This document shows, one piece after another, positions 12,068 through 24,668 of a stretch of DNA of 64,000 nt. The stretch spans positions 26,226,001 through 26,290,000 of the forward strand of contig CM074522.1 of assembly GCA_037379345.1 (NCBI GenBank), written 5' to 3'. The translations under genes and the position numbers were made by a program. Position 1 is the first letter of the stretch, and each line of letters begins with the position of its first letter. Source of the stretch: Perna viridis. Lineage: Eukaryota. Under the pieces are notes generated by a model that saw only the letters and a program-made list of their open reading frames with translations, did not search any database and was not told the DNA's origin.

Positions 12068-14482
12068 GTAAGTACACGCATTATATGGTGAATTGGAGAA
12101 TTTGCAATAACGATCCGTTTTCAATGAAGCATGTACGTGTTTCTAAATAATGTATCATGTAGTTCTACAAATAGACATTACAAGACCACTTTTTGTCACA
12201 ATATCTGTTTCATTGACATAACGGAAGTCCCGTGAACAAGTAATCGAAGAATTTAAAGACTTATGTAAATGCTAGCCATACCATATCATTTAAAAAGCGG
12301 ATACAGAAATTTATAAAATGGAGTTATCTAGAAGATTGTTTATTTAAATGGTGGTTCCAAGCTATTTTTTGCTCTATTTCTGTCAAATTTCACACAAAAT
12401 TAACAACTTTTTTTTAAACCTAAGGGGTTTTTCTTATCCCTGAAACTCTCTTCTGGTACTGCTTATAATGTGAGTGAATTGTTCGATTTTACACATGGAA
12501 AAGTTTTGAAAACCTATGAATTTAAGCGAAAAAAATCTCAGACTAAACCACCTTTATAATGATATTGAGTGACGCACCAAAACCATTAACTTCATAAGTA
12601 GGGTATTTGTATTACCGCCCCACTTCGTTCGCGTAAAAATAATATATAAAATTCTATAGGATTTGATTTTTAAACGAGGGATGAAACCTGAGGTTCCGTG
12701 AATTATTTTTTTATTCATATAAGGGGTAGTTTTCTAAGCCTTTATTTGCTCTTTTTTGCCAAAATTTGGCCAGAAATTTTCCAAAGGAGGCGGGTGACGC
12801 TGGCTTGCTTATAAATAGACTTTTATTAGTGAATCTTCCGAAACCTTTAGAATTCATTTAAAAATGGGTTTTAACTACACGTTTGACATATATGTCGACC
12901 GCCATGAATTGACAAACGTTGTGGTTGACTCAAAGGTACTTGAGGATAAGACTGAGACCCCCTTCCATCTTTTTTTTTTCTTAAACAAATCTAGTTTTTG
13001 AATTTTTCTACCGATTTCAGTTATCACAGTGTTAAACTCTGTTACAATGATACATATACTCGTAATACCATAAATAATATTTATTTTCTTTCTATTGCAT
13101 TTTGAAAGTGTAATTTGACTATTTGTACCACCAGGCCCAAGAAAAACAAAATCCATATCTTATGGTAAATTGAGTTATAATTTCATTGAAATGCACTGCA
13201 AATAAACATTTCAAGGTCAGATAACTCTGTCAAAAATGTTTTTTAACATTCTATTGAAAATTATCTGATCAAATCCAGTGATGCAAAGATCAAATGGTGG
13301 TCTTTTCAAATAGAGAAATCATCCCTGACTTTTCCCAATTTTGCCTGATTCTTACAAAGACTTATACTTAAATGTACACATGCATTTTGTGTCTTCATTG
13401 ACAGAGTCCGGGTGTTTAAACCCCAAAATGGTTGATTTTGCACAGGCTTTGGGTAAAAATGCGCAAAAATAATCTAGGAAAATCCGCATTTTTTAAAATA
13501 TCTGATTCTCTATTCTGCCTTTTTGTCAGTATTTATATATCATAGTATCCAGGATTTATAAAATGTGATTTTGTTATTTTTAGCAAATGAGGATGGCAGA
13601 GCATCAGTGATAATAAAAAAACTATTCCAAGGATATAATTAGTGCTTTAAAGTAAGTATTGTTGCTATTTATACATTCGCTTTAACTGCAAATATGGTTT
13701 TAAGCATAGAAGTGCCCAGTAAGTATTGCTCATGACAAAACATGGATTCACACCCAGTCGCAGATCAAAAGTAAGGGGGAAAGGGGTTGGCATCCTAATT
13801 TTTATTGAAAATTAGATTTATCATGTTCATGGGTAAAATTGATAAAAAGTGGCAAATTATGTCCTAATGGCCCCTTTTTCTGAGGAACCTCGGCTAGCTC
13901 CCTTCCTTTCCAAAGTGCCTCAATCCGGCCTTGACACCATCAAATGTCCGATGCTCTGGCTTTGAAAGGACAAGTAAGAACCGGAGTACATAGATGGTTC
14001 ATGAATATGAATGAAAAGGTAATCGGGCATGTGAATTGTGGCAATGGGGTAATTGGACAATCGGGCGTTAGCAATATGGCAATGGGATACAGAAATTAGG
14101 CTATGGGGATTCGGCAATCAAGAATTAGGAGTTTTTTTATGTTTACCTCTTAGAAGAGCACACAGTATTATGTCAGTCCCATCCATGTTCTTTCGCAATT
14201 AAATGCGACTACCGACCGACCGTTTTTCATCCTTTGCTTGTAACTCCCGTGTGAACACTTTAAAATCAAATTATTTCATTCCTCAACGATTTTATTGACC
14301 ATAAGGAAAATGGAAATGCTGAATGTAGATCAGTTAAGAGAAATGAAGTAAAAATCTTAATATGATTGTAAGAACAATGGATGTTTGCGACACAATCAGA
14401 ACTAAGTAGTAAAGTTTGGTTGATTCGCAGTTTTGTCAGCGTCCACAATGTTTTTCTATTATACTAAAATCTTTCATTTCAG

Positions 14483-14512
14483 ATTCCACAGAGCCAGGGT
14501 CGTGCTTCATGA
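14483..14512 (+). CDS. Probable terminal exon of the small secreted-peptide gene
   Basis: Acceptor ctttcatttcag|. Phase 0 gives IPQSQGRAS*. GC-rich exon-like patch, with AATAAA at about 14626. The frame is uncertain if an unseen exon intervenes. Confidence 0.5.
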   Translation: MPQSQGRAS

Positions 14513-15364
14513 CCGGAGGCTTATGGGAGTCAATCGAGAACAGCAGAGTTCGTGTTTGTTGGAAGGATGATAATAACTCTTATTGATTTTCACATGTGTG
14601 TTTAATACGATATTTTAAAATGAGCAATAAAACATATTTGATTGTGTAGGGATATTTATCTTTGGAATACACCTTAAATAAATAATGTGTGCAATCCTCA
14701 ATGGAAATTCAAACAAACAGAGGGTCAAATACAAAATATTATTCTAAAAGTCAGCCATTTTTTTCTATTGGCACAAATGACACGGAACTATTTTCCTTAT
14801 ATCTTGCATTGTTTGCGTATCCTAATTTTGTAAATACTTTCAGATGTCGTGGCTAGACATATTTGCTTTTAGATTTAAACATGATTCTTCTTTAATAAAA
14901 AGAATAATTTGTTTTTCATAGTAAAATCATTACGATAATTAAAATTTAAATACTTACATTTTTCATTTTTCAAATTAATACTTTTAAAGTTAAACAGAGA
15001 TATGAAAAATATATCCTTCAATCGATTGACTATAGTATTAAGAATTTTAAACTATCACCCAATACCTATATATATAATAATTTGGTAGAGTTGAATCAAA
15101 AAACCAGCCAAGGTTTCCAGGGGGACCCATTTTATTTACATATAGACTCTTTTGTAGTAAGTTGATGGGCATGCTCAGTATACACTTCCGCGAGGTAGGG
15201 CTTGCCAATTAGTAGAACAAAAGAATTGTTCTAGTGGAAGTGTATATGCCCATCTCACCACTATACAGTTAGGACAAAGAGGGCTCAATTTTGCCTCAAT
15301 TTTGTGATCAAATGAGGGTATCCCTGCGGGACACGTTTTTGATTTTCTCGTCAGTTGTTGCATA

Positions 15365-15795
15365 CAGGGGCGTAGCTGCCTATACGCAAATACGCAGTTG
15401 CGTACTTTCGGAAAAAGTAACAAAAATAAAAACACACATTTTAAAGATGAAATAAGGGTTTTATGCAATGACAAATCCTTTTTAATACATAAATATACTC
15501 CAATATACACCATAAAGTAATTCGCGATATCAAAACCATCAATTCCGGAAATTTTGTACTTTTCCGTATACATACGTTTACGTTTTACTCTCTGAAAGTT
15601 TGTTTTGCACGAACTCGAAGTTCAAAATGGCTTCTTCATCAAAATCAATAACTGAATTTTCAAAATCGTTAAAATTCAGGAGTTTCCCTCAGGGCTTTGC
15701 CTTGCCGGACTCACTGGGGGCCTTGACCGACCCCCCCCCCAAGACCCCTCGCCGTAATTTTGCGTACAACTAAAACAGGCCTAGCTACGCCCCTG
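15365..15795. mobile_element. Non-autonomous DNA transposon (MITE) with 13-bp TIR and 5-bp TSD
   Basis: CAGGGGCGTAGCT...AGCTACGCCCCTG. GCATA is duplicated at 15360-15364 and 15796-15800. Confidence 0.85.
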
Positions 15796-15907
15796 GCATA
15801 CATTGAAGAATATTGTCTACTGTCGCCTTTGGAAAGAAACTTGTAACGCCAACCATGCAATAATAGTCGGTGTTTAACATGAACAACCAGAAATTAAAGT
15901 TATTGGG

Positions 15908-16088
15908 ATTGATTGATTATGGTTTATCGCCCTATGGAAGATATCCATGCATTTTAGGACAAAAACGATTGACCCATCGAACAGACCCTGCTTTATACAT
16001 GTACTTAACCGGATCTTTGATGCGCTAGCTCACAGAAGTAACAGCCCGTAGTTAGGTATGTTACCTCACTCGGGCATTTTTCTGATTA
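15908..16088 (-). mobile_element. Decayed SINE 3' fragment
   Basis: The minus strand ends in ggcgataaaccataatcaatcaatc, the same tail type as the 19537 and 38812 elements. Confidence 0.4.
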
Positions 16089-16430
16089 AAGTTATTGTAG
16101 GATATATATGTGATAAAATTTCAACAAGGAAGCAACCCACTTGAGCAGCAACACTGTAAATTTACAACGAGAGGCTCACAACCCTTTTTGATACAGTAAT
16201 CGCAACTGACATCTAATCAGTTTATCATAATAAGTTGGGTACAGTTATGCACAGACGCATTGACATTTAAATCCACTTTCGACATGATTTTTTTCTCCCC
16301 AATATCAATCGAACCAAGTTAAATTAATAAATAAGTAGGGGTGGTACATATTTTAGCTCCTTTTCGGCTGCGGCCACGAGGGCATACTACGACATTCCAC
16401 GTACCCATTTCCATCTGATATTGACCCCTG

Positions 16431-17380
16431 TGTAATGTAAACCAAGGTTCCTCCTGTTCTGTTAGTCACCCTTCTCTATGCTCAATACACAATAGATAAA
16501 CCAAAGAACCAGGCAGATTTTATTTCAGTCAACTTCATCAGGTAATGAGCTACTGAAACTGATAAAATAATGAATATAAATCACAAAAATCGCAATCATC
16601 AACCATCTAAGACGATGTAGCCCCATAAGAGAAAGACCCCGGCCGCTCACAAGTATCAATATATTGCTGATGAAAGTAATTAAACGAACTCGGCAAATCA
16701 TCAACAAGGCAATAAGTTATGTCCCGGCAATCCTGGCCGATTGCATCATATCGCACAGATGGACAAACTCTGCATGGTAAGAGCTCACTATTGACTATCA
16801 CAAACAACGCACGTCCCTTAAACACAAGAGTATCATGCGACCAGAGATCATCCTCCCAAGTCAGGGTTTTGAGTCCACCCTCTCTCCCTCAAACCCCAAA
16901 CATCACTCTTTCAACTTTAGCGGGTATCGTCCAGCGCCATCTAGTGGGTTACTTAAATATAACCCGGATCCAAATTCAAATCAAATCACTCGTAATAGGA
17001 ACTCTTCGATATAACTTACAAAATGGCTACATACACATAGTGTAATTTTTTTTCGCCAATTACTCTAAACAGAATCTACAGTTATCATTTTGGTCATATT
17101 GAATCATTTGTGACATCTTACAACTATCAGTTACTCGTATCATTGTTTACCTTTCCACAGACATTTTATGTCAAATCAATTTTCATTGGTGCTTCGCACC
17201 CGGAGAAGCAACCAATCGGAATTGGCTGGACGATACCCGCTAAATATGAATGAGTTATATCGAGGGTTTGAGGGAGCGAGGGTGGACTCAAAACCCTGAC
17301 CTTGGAAGATGACCAGAAATGGGGTAGTTGTAATTGTGGAAGTCAATATTATATTCAATTTCGTCCTCTTACAGGTTACA
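16431..17380 (-). mobile_element. Solo LTR (Gypsy-like), 950 bp
   Basis: Termini TGTAAT...GTTACA. 4-bp TSD CCTG (16427-16430 and 17381-17384). A minus-strand AATAAA about 90 nt from the end gives the orientation. Confidence 0.75.
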
Positions 17381-19536
17381 CCTGCCTCACTTTATTTGAA
17401 CAAATAAGTTTCATTGTAATCAAACGTAATCATGATTATTTCACCAAATAATAATCAATCATTTCATCCATTACCTTCAGACGTGCTGTAATCATTAATT
17501 TATTTTGGAAGTAATAGAAATTTAATCAATTACTTTAAAAGTAATAAAACTTATTCTGTTTCCGAGTTATAACAGTAGAGAATTCTGAAATTGGGACCTT
17601 TTATTGTTGACCCCAGGTTACACAATTTTGTTTCAACTTATGAGGAAAAAAAGGGGTCTAGTATGGTCATGATAGCAAGACTGGACAAGGGTCGCTCTTC
17701 TTGTATTGTACTTCCATGCTTCCCTGTTTAATACCTACATGCAGTCTCACATTGCTGTAGAGTGTTCAATGATCTCGCAATGCTGAATGGTGGATAAACA
17801 ACCGTCATTTATCAATAAAATAAAATAAATCAACTTTTATGAAGAATAAGTTCAAGTAAAAATACTATACTTACACTGTTGTAAACATATAACAGTATGT
17901 TTTAAACGCTTATTTTACACTGTTGAAATGTTGATTTCGAAATGTTTTCTTGAGACGTATATATTGGTACGTATTTACAACAATTTTCTTTTGTTTTTAT
18001 TGGCGTTTTAACATAACTGGACAAAAAGACATTTTCATGCTAATTTTCTGACCTGACTATATTGGTACTTCAGCGATATATAAATGTAACACTTTCCCAG
18101 TAAAAAAATAGGTTGAAGTGGAGGGTGTTGCATTTACCTCGATCCTTGCCTGCGTATTAAATACCACGAATGGATCTATTGAACGTGTACACTATAACGC
18201 AAAGAATGTACATTTATAACATCATGTTGTTGGAAAACACAAGATAACTAACATTTGAAAACGCTAATAATATGGAATATGTATTGCCTTTAGGCAAGCG
18301 CAACACTTTGTTTTAACAGTATGTGAGATTCGTTATTAGCGACGAATAGATACATGTGTACCTATAGGCGCATCATTGACCATTCACATTTCGATTGTAT
18401 TTGAAAACATGAGGAAAGATATCTGCAACATTACATATGTACAAGTTTAAAAATTGTTTCATCGTTAATGACATTTTAATTCGGAAGTGATTGTTTGAGC
18501 TCAACCTATTGAAAATATTCTTCCATTCTTAATGTTGTCCTCCGAACTTTAGGACGGAAAAAAGGACAAACGACACTTATTGTGATATGCCATTTTCATA
18601 AATATAATAATATTGTAGGTACTCGTAAAACCTCTTCTGTTTTTGGAGTTAAATTAGATCGTTATAATGTAAAAATTGGTGACACTTACAGCACTGTGCC
18701 GAAAGTGAATCCCATTTTTAAAATTCCCCGAAGAATTTTTAAAAAACTTTTTTTTTTCAAAAAAATATTGTGAAGCTGTCATAACATCAATCTTGATGAT
18801 AGTTTCATCAACAAAGAGATATAAAAATGATTTATTAATAATTTATACGTATATTTGGATGAAGATTTCATGAGGTAACTCAATAGAAAAAAAATGACAT
18901 TTAAATATAATTGCTTTTGTTGGTAAATTGTGAATCAATAATTTTTACAAAAATGTATTTTTAGTTGAACATTGATATTTCGGGATTTTGCAACAAAAAC
19001 GTAAAACCATAATGGACATTGTGGTTTATTCTCTGACTGGATATTTCTCTCTCATCAGATAAGTTCTTTAAAATCGCTTGTGAAATGGCTTCACAATTGT
19101 ATTTTACAAAAAGCAATTTTCAATTGTATAGATTGTATGGGGGATATTAAATATTATTGCACTCGCTTTTTGCATGATGCTGAAGTGTAACATACGTGTA
19201 TTTCGAATTTTTATCTTTCTTCACTTTAATTCCCTATTAAGAAGGCACAAATTTAAGTAAAAACCAGACAGGAGGTGATTCGTGCATTAAAAAAAAACAA
19301 AACAACAAAGTCACTTGATTTGTTTGAAATATAGCATCTGAAGATTACAAGAAACATGCTTTAGTCGGTGGGCTTTTGTAGATCCCGAATTACCAGTACC
19401 ATAGGCAGTGTGAATTTTATACACACTGGTACTTGTTTAAAAGAAATCAGTTTCAACCGGATTTCATCTGTGTGTCAAAGATGTTCTTCTTCCTTAATTA
19501 TAGGTACAACATTCCGATAGTGCAGGACTGATCAGG

Positions 19537-20045
19537 CCCCGTGCAGGTCCAAGTGTCAAAAGAATAGGCCTGCAGCAGCGCTAAGCTTGTCGTAAAAGGA
19601 GACTAAAAATAGTGCTCAGAATCCTATTCGGGGGCTAGGGCGCTCTTCGCACAGAGCAACTAGGTTGTGTGCCCCAGGTGGTGGAATGGGGTAACCCTGG
19701 CATGTTACATGCTGGGGTCGTCAGGCTATAATACGGAAAACTTGACCGCAAACCATAGTGGCGCACCGTTCCTCACGCGTTAAAGAACTCTTCTGTGGTA
19801 TTCTCCCGGAGTCGGAACCATAGGGCTCCGCCACAGGAGGCTAAATTGCCCGACCCTACCCACCTCTCCCTATTTCCAGTGGCAATCAAAAATTTTCGAC
19901 TCTATCATCCTTGTGTCCCATCCCATTTTTCATTTCGTCATCATTTCATGTTCATTTTATCACTTCATGTTCATCGCCTGAATATAGCTGAAATATTGCT
20001 GCTCGGGCGTTAAACACCAACAATCAAACAATCAATCAATCAATC
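19537..20045 (+). mobile_element. SINE-like non-autonomous retroelement, copy 1
   Basis: Colinear with 38812-39330, with an internal deletion of about 20 bp. Ends GGCGTTAAAC plus a (CAAT)n tail. Confidence 0.85.
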
Positions 20046-21547
20046 AGTCTTCCAGAGCCTCTGAGTCCCCTGGGTTTTAGTAGGTCATCCCTCTACGTTG
20101 CTGTATATGCCGTTTAGTCTTTTATTTTTTGTTTGTTTTGTAATTTATTTGTCTGTCGTCTTTTAATAGCCTAATTTTGTTATTTTTTTACTGCGGGTTA
20201 TCCCAAATATTTCAAATATTTTTTGTCCACGTGTTACCTCTTACTTGACAATTCAGAATTCCTTTAATTTCTAAACATAATTCTGGAAGCACACTTATCA
20301 TATGACACTGTTACTATTTGTATGACCAAGAACTCCATCCAACGTCCATCTGTACATTGTTTTGGAATAGGTCATCCCAGTACATATAAAAAAAACAGGG
20401 TTTAACATAATTCATTCAATTGACAGACTGAAGCGTGACATCGGCGGTCACAAGTAATTGCCAATAAATCGCATAAAAATGCGGTTATCTCGATAATCAA
20501 AACAGAAGAACGTGACAAAATTTAATTAAAAAATAACAACACAGGAGATAAGACAAATACTAAAGGCTGGCTAATAAAATTTACATGAAGCTTTTTGTTG
20601 CTAATTTTCTATACTTCGAGACAACATCCGCAGAATTCCAATTTGATTGGTAGCGATGTCTGGAATTGAGTGCCATGTAAAAATAGTTCTCAGACCTCAA
20701 CGAATACAAAATATGACATAATAAAAAGCAGAAAAGTGCATTTATAAGACACTTGGAAAGGTAATTATAACAATTACTCGTCAATAACAATTTTATATTG
20801 GTACTACAATATTACAATTGACATTTTTAAATCTTTTTTTCTGTTTTGAAACAACGCTAAAAAAAATAATAATAAAAAATAAGAAATGAATAAATAAGAA
20901 AGAATACGGAACCGACAAAATCTCAAAGAAGTGCTTAGATAAAGCACTCGACTGGCAAGTCGAAATGAATCCAACAGATATTTTACGGATATAAAATCAC
21001 TTGGTGGATGTGTGACGGACGAACAAACCTATCATGACGGAATTCATTGATGCAAAAGACAAGCTTAATTTTTAGTCTGTAAGAGACCACGTCATTCTAG
21101 TGCATATTTTTTTCTGTACATTACCTTCAAATCAGAAAATAATTTGCATGTGAAGCTTGATGGTATAATAATATATAATACTACCCTGGACAGAAAATGA
21201 TAAAATGTGTCAGACGGCCTCACGAAGAAACCCCCTAAAAGAAAAAAAAGAAGAAAAACCAAATACACTGTTAACTGAAATCCTATTTCTTTCCTTTGTT
21301 TTTGGTGTATAATATGATTGCCTAGTTCTCTTTGAGCAAACAATGTTATATGAAATTACCGATTCAAAAACTAATGAATTGTTAATATTTGGAATGCCCA
21401 ATTAGAAATCAAATTGAAAGGAATGACCCTAATTTTTGAACAGGTTATGCTTTATACCCTGGTTTGGACTAGTTTACACTTTATAATGCCACAAACTATA
21501 CGTGTGGTATTCTGTTCAATACATATGTAACCTGTTCAAAAATTAGA

Positions 21548-21774
21548 AACTCAGCAGGTGTTTCTAGAAAAGCAGAGGACGCTTACCCTACCGGTGCAGC
21601 TGGTCTATGCCTCCAGTTTTTAGTGGAGTCCAAGATGCTCATTTTCTTTTGTTTCTTTGTACATATCATTTTGGTTATTTTATGGTCTTTTTGTCTCTTT
21701 TCCCTGACAGGTCTTTGTCCCTGGATTGCGTTCTTTTGATTTTTGTTAGAATCTTGGTTCCCTTGATTACTCTT
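21548..21774 (+). mobile_element. Penelope-like 3' UTR fragment; further diverged copies at about 24098-24240 (+), 36690-36810 (-) and 41694-41895 (+)
   Basis: Core gtgtttctagaaaagcagaggacgcttaccctaccggtgca and the GATTACTCTT end. Confidence 0.75.
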
Positions 21775-22230
21775 TCAATACATCAGGGTTTTGGAAACAT
21801 ACTTTCGTATCATTTAGTACAACAAAAACCTTAGACATTATGCACGAAATGACATTGTTTCTAGTAAATTATAGGATGAATTAAACATATATATAATGAA
21901 TTAAATCACTGAGATAAGCCATATTTACGTAACAGAGGTTCCTGTATATCCGAAGATATAAGAACAAACATACTCGAATGAGATACTACTGTTTCAGCGA
22001 TATCGATAAGCCTATAATGAAATGACGAAATTTTGAAGTTTGTTTACAATTACCGCTCTGTTTTACCGACATAGCTTTTCACTTTTGATCAATTACATGA
22101 TTCATTATCAGCGTATTTCGAACTGCAGGATTTCACTTTGAATATTTTTACGATAAACTAATATTGGACATGCAAACACGCACATGCCAATTAAAATCAA
22201 GAACAGGTGAATTCCTTTTTAAGTAAATTT

Positions 22231-22573
22231 CTGTGTAAGAATCAGGCAAAAATAGGCACATAATTTTTCTCAATATGGTATTGTTTGCCTTAATTACATT
22301 CAATACATCTATAAAACAACCAAAAAGCTATTTAAATTTATCCTGAAGCATATATGACAGATAATTTATTTGGAACACGTGCTTGAATATTTTCCCGCAT
22401 TTTTTCCACATTGCGTTTCAACTAAATTTGCCACGTCAACACTTAAAAAAGGCAAACTTCATACGTTGTTTCTGGAGGTTATGTGGTATAAAGACCTGGA
22501 TAATGCCATAAAATCTGTTTTTTTTTTCTTTATGTGCCACATCTTATACACATTTTGCCTGATTCTTAAACAG
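22231..22573. mobile_element. MITE with TIR ctgtgtaagaatcaggcaaaa; relatives at about 112-458, 13343, 56340 and 61476-62135
   Basis: Inverted termini ctgtgtaagaatcaggcaaaa and ttttgcctgattcttaaacag. Internal similarity to 280-460 and 56340-56480. Confidence 0.65.
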
Positions 22574-24359
22574 AGAATTGCTAATGAAGAAAAAGGGATT
22601 GAACGTTCTTCTGGGTTGTTTTGTTTAATCAGATCTTTCATTACAATATTTTCACTAACGATATTCTTCAGCTTTTAGGTTCAGTCAATTCAATTTTTGA
22701 CCGTAAAATGAATTGATTTGAAATGATACGCATACACATTAATTTGAAACAATTACTTTTGATATCGAAAACCTGTGTACCGACTGTACTTTGTGGAGGA
22801 ACCGAGTTGAAAGGTCTACAGTGTTACGAGAATGGGCATACCTTTGCTGTTAGTAATGGTGAGAATTTTTTGTCAATTTTACACATGAATATGACAAAAT
22901 TTCCATTAAATGGGAGTGGTGCTAACCACCTACACTCCTTGATCCGAGACTGCTACATTTATTACTAATGATATTTACTGTTACCAGTATTTGCCGGTCT
23001 TCGAACGTTGGAGCAAAATGTTCCCGTGAATATGTAGGATTTTTATTAGTCGAAATTCATCATGACGCCGTTACAATTTCGGTCAGTTCAAGACATATCC
23101 CAAAGAACAGAAAGTTGAAACTAGACCTTAAAATCTTACTTAAATCTGAATTTATCTTAGTTTTTGATTTAACTTACCAGTACTTATGAATCGCAGCACG
23201 CAGCAGTTTCCATAGATAAACTAAGATTGTAAGATTACAAGATTATATGAAATTGTATGTTTTTTTGTGTTGGATATCATTCATAAATGGTGTTCCTAAC
23301 ACACATTTCTCATAACAAGTCTCTTATTTATACTTATTATAATTTTTTTTTCAAACTAAGCATGCATTGTCGAAATAAACATAAAATATAGCTCATTGTG
23401 TTAGTGTTCCCCAAACATTTGCATTGCCACAAGATCTTTTTTAGAATTCTGGTCAAAATTTTAAATTATCGATCGGCGGCCATTTTCTATTTTTCAAATC
23501 GGCCTCCGAATGATTTATTCATAAACTAAATTTCAAGACTGCTGTGGGGGCTTTTACGGCCTTTACAATTCTTACGGATCTCGCACGACCCTCTAACGGG
23601 GATTTTGTTTGTATGTCATACAAACTCAGTCAGAGTATGTTCTAATAGCGGCTGGGTTGCACTGTTGACGCTCTGGCCTACTCCCAGACCCAGGTCTGAG
23701 AGCGTTGCCCCTTTCTAACTATTTGGGAGTATGTCAACGTGAAAATACTATCAAGATTCTACGATTTTTTCCTAGTCATATGGTTTTATGTCGTCTTAAA
23801 AAGTGGCTATGTTCAAAATTATAATATGCGCATGCTTACTTCCTAATGGTGACCTAATTTTGTGTCAAGTTTGGTTTCATTCCATTTTGATGGAAGAGTT
23901 GCGCGACACAAAGAAGACAATAACAAACAGAACAAAAAAGATCCGCCCACTATATACGTCATCAAAGTTAGCTTTAAAGCTGCTCCAGTTTCGTACCGTG
24001 GATGGAAAAAGTAGTAGTACCACATAGAAGGGACCAATATTCTAGAGTTTGTTGTGTCCAATGTGATCCTATGATCGAGACTATGCCATTATATATTTCA
24101 CGAGTGTTTCTAGAAAAGCAGAGGATGCTAACCCTTCCGGTTCATCTGCTCCTAGTTTTAGTTGAGTCCGAGTTGTTCATTTGCTTTTGTTTCTTTGCAC
24201 GTGTTATTTTGGTTAATTCGTGTTCTTTGCTGTGCATGTCTTACACTCTTTCACGTTTCATGTTATTACACGTATTCATATTTACTTGAACGTGTATGAC
24301 AGGACGTGAAACGTTTGCCTATTAAGTTCCAATCCATGTAAAATACAGAAATTAGGGTA

Positions 24360-24668
24360 CAGGCGATTCATGGTGTAGAAAAACCTATCGAACAATGTTT
24401 TTTTTTCTGTCTCTGCTATATTGTTACCTAACAATAACCTTTGTTGTATCAAGATTTGTATTTTTTGAGAAAATCAAAACCAAATCAAAGCAAATCAAGA
24501 ACGATAAATATTTCATGTATATGTACAACATAAACATTTTATCTCAAAAGTGCAACAACTCAAGACAGTATTGATGTTAATGTTTCTGAATAAAAAAAAT
24601 AAAAGTGAATATGGTGGGTTTTTGACATTCATGAATCACCTACTGTCTTAATTTTATCAAGACTGCTT
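24360..24668 (+). repeat. Dispersed repeat, homologous to about 37508-37862
   Basis: Both start with gattcatggtgtagaaaaacc (gaatc in the second), share tttatctcaaaagtgcaacaac, and end atgaatcac..ctgtct..aagactgc. Confidence 0.6.
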
